A stretch of 64,000 bases of DNA. Origin: Phaeosaccion multiseriatum (Eukaryota > Protista > Ochrophyta, other classes). Of the stretch, positions 62,021 through 64,000 are shown piece by piece. Position 1 is the stretch's first letter. The number at the start of each line of letters is the position of its first letter. The stretch is taken from assembly GCA_965112735.1 (NCBI GenBank), contig OZ218950.1, forward strand, positions 2,790,001-2,854,000, read 5' to 3'. The position numbers and the translations under genes were made by a program. A model generated the notes under the pieces. It ran no database searches and had not been told where the DNA came from. It saw only the letters and a program-made list of their open reading frames with translations.

Positions 62021-64000
62021 TGTTGCTGAAGCCAAAGCTGAAGCTGAAGCTTCCTTCTCCCCATCGCGAGGTCCTGCTGTTATATCACCAACTGCTGCGG
62101 CTAAGCTGTAGCTGGGCAAGGGGATACGCCACACGGGCATCCACTCCACCCCCTGCAGCGTGATGGTGCTCCCCTCCTCTGCCCCGAGGCGGCGCTCAAG
62201 CTCCCTTCGCATGCTTGGCATATGGCACGCTCCGTACAGCACGCCCACTGCGCTGCCCACATCAGCTGCCATCCCACCACCACCAGCAGCAGTGTTGACG
62301 CTCTCTTTCAAGGCTGCCGTGATGGCGTCAATTGCCTTGTAGTTCCGAGCTGATATGAGCACCGAAGCTTGGCCTGTGCCCAACAAGAGCAGGGATGGGA
62401 GAGCGTAGAGCAAAGTCTCGTTGAAACGTTGGTTCGTGACTGAGTAACACGGCCGATCGCCAACTCCAACAAGAACACCCAAAACCCGTAACCAATACAT
62501 AACCTATCCTCGGCTCCCTCTACACACACGAGATTCCTCCCCCCGCCCTTGATGAGATACTTCCTCCTTCCCAGCAAGCACCGTACCTCACTCACTCATT
62601 GATGCTTTTCTCTGCCTCAGATCCTTCCCCTCACCCTCATGTCCTTCCCCTCACTCACTCAGCGCACCATTTTCTTCCTTCCCTCCTTCCCCTCCCTCCC
62701 TCACTCCTTTTTACTACCTTCCCTCCTTCCCCTCCCTCCCTCAAGTACACCATTTCACTACCTTACCTCCGTTCCCACGCTCACTCAAGTGCCCTCTTTA
62801 CTACCTCATCTCCTTCCCCTCCCTCACTCGCTCAAGTGCTCCGTCTTACTGCCTTACCTCCTTCCCTCTCATTCCCTTCACTCACTAAAGTGCACTCTCT
62901 ACTACCTTACCTCCTTCCCTCTGGTTGGACACAAGCTGCTGCGCAAAGCACAGTCTCCGTGCCGTGCCCACATCTCCTCGCAACAAGCACTCCAGCACAC
63001 GCGACAGGAGAGAAGACAAGCCACCCGCTCTTGGAGAAGCTCTGCTCCAATCCAGGAGGATCATGTTCAGCTCCGGACAGGGCACGGCCCAGAGGAGAGC
63101 CCGCAGCAGCAAGATGGGCCCTCGCAGCACCCCTTGCAGGAAGGGCGAGGGCAGCACTGCCTGTTGTTCCTTCGCCCTGCCAGTTGTGAGGGCTTGCATC
63201 ACCTCCCGTATCTGGCCCACCCAAGGGGGAGTCGCGCCAAGTACAGACTCGCCCAACTGAGCCTGTGGGACACGGACACGGGGATGACATGAGAGGTATA
63301 CGGGATACATACGAGGGAAGGATGGGTGGGGGGAGTGGAGGGACGGAGGAGGGATGAAGGTCGGGTAGAGAAAGGGGGTCGGGAGGAGCGAAAGAATGCG
63401 AGAGAGGGAAAGAGGACGCAACGAACGGCACCATCGATGTGCGTGACCCAAAGGTGGTGAGGCCGGGCGCGTACGCTCAAGCCCAAAAGCCCGTGAGCTA
63501 CAGTTGCAGGCCCAACACTCCGTTCCTTCCTCCCCCAAATCCTCCCCTACACACACAGTCGTACCTGCATACCCTGTATGGTTTCCTTGGGTATATCAGC
63601 AAGATACCAGTGGTCGTGCGCCGTGTAATCGATGCAGCCCAGCTGTGTCTGCATGCCGTAGGTCGAGGCCATTTGTGACAACTCCTCCGTGGGCAGAAGC
63701 TGCTCCGCCACCTTTCTCCGCCCCCACGCGTCTTGCTTGATGTTCTTCTTGGACGTGATGAGCTCGTACAAGAAGTAGTCGTATCTACGGTCGTGGAAGA
63801 GAGGTAGAGCCGCGGGGGAAGGGCCTTCAACAGTCACTCCAAAAAAGGGCCCGCATCGGCCCGCATGCAATCGCCTTCAACTCCTCGCCCCGCGCCTCTC
63901 TCTCGTCAATCCGTCGCCTCCGCCCCACCCCGCACCCCCGTTTGCCTCACCTGAAGCTGTCTCTCGTAATCCTGTCAAAGAAAGCAGCGTCGCCGACGTG
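61727..64000 (-). CDS. Partial gene (5' end outside window); possible TraB/GumN-like domain with C-terminal TM helices
   Basis: FLYELI...QLGCIDY...W.LAD, then LISARN..AI and VGVLYGACHMP resemble TraB-family RN and GAxH motifs; spliced exons. Confidence 0.5.

Overview
Gene-dense, intron-rich eukaryotic nuclear DNA, probably a stramenopile alga (inferred from gene style and the CSN5 and HSF sequences). Introns are packed with microsatellites. Recognisable spliced genes: Nup188 (5'-truncated), GINS1/Psf1, a multi-TM class-3 lipase, a dithiol glutaredoxin, an orphan type-I membrane protein, CSN5, ARMC6, aprataxin, a kynurenine-type aminotransferase, an HSF-family transcription factor, tRNA-Thr(CGU), a large low-complexity orphan, a LONRF-type RING protein, INO1 and a partial TraB-like gene. 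The main unexpected element is a degraded giant-virus (Nucleocytoviricota) relic at about 10.5-11.5 kb. It has a major capsid protein C-terminal fragment and an adjacent FNIP-repeat pseudogene, both on the minus strand; the capsid fragment has been broken by micro tandem duplications. The second is a ~570-bp near-perfect foldback at 37.68-38.25 kb, built from an exon encoding a PARP-zinc-finger-like motif. All homology calls come from motif recognition by eye; no searches were run.
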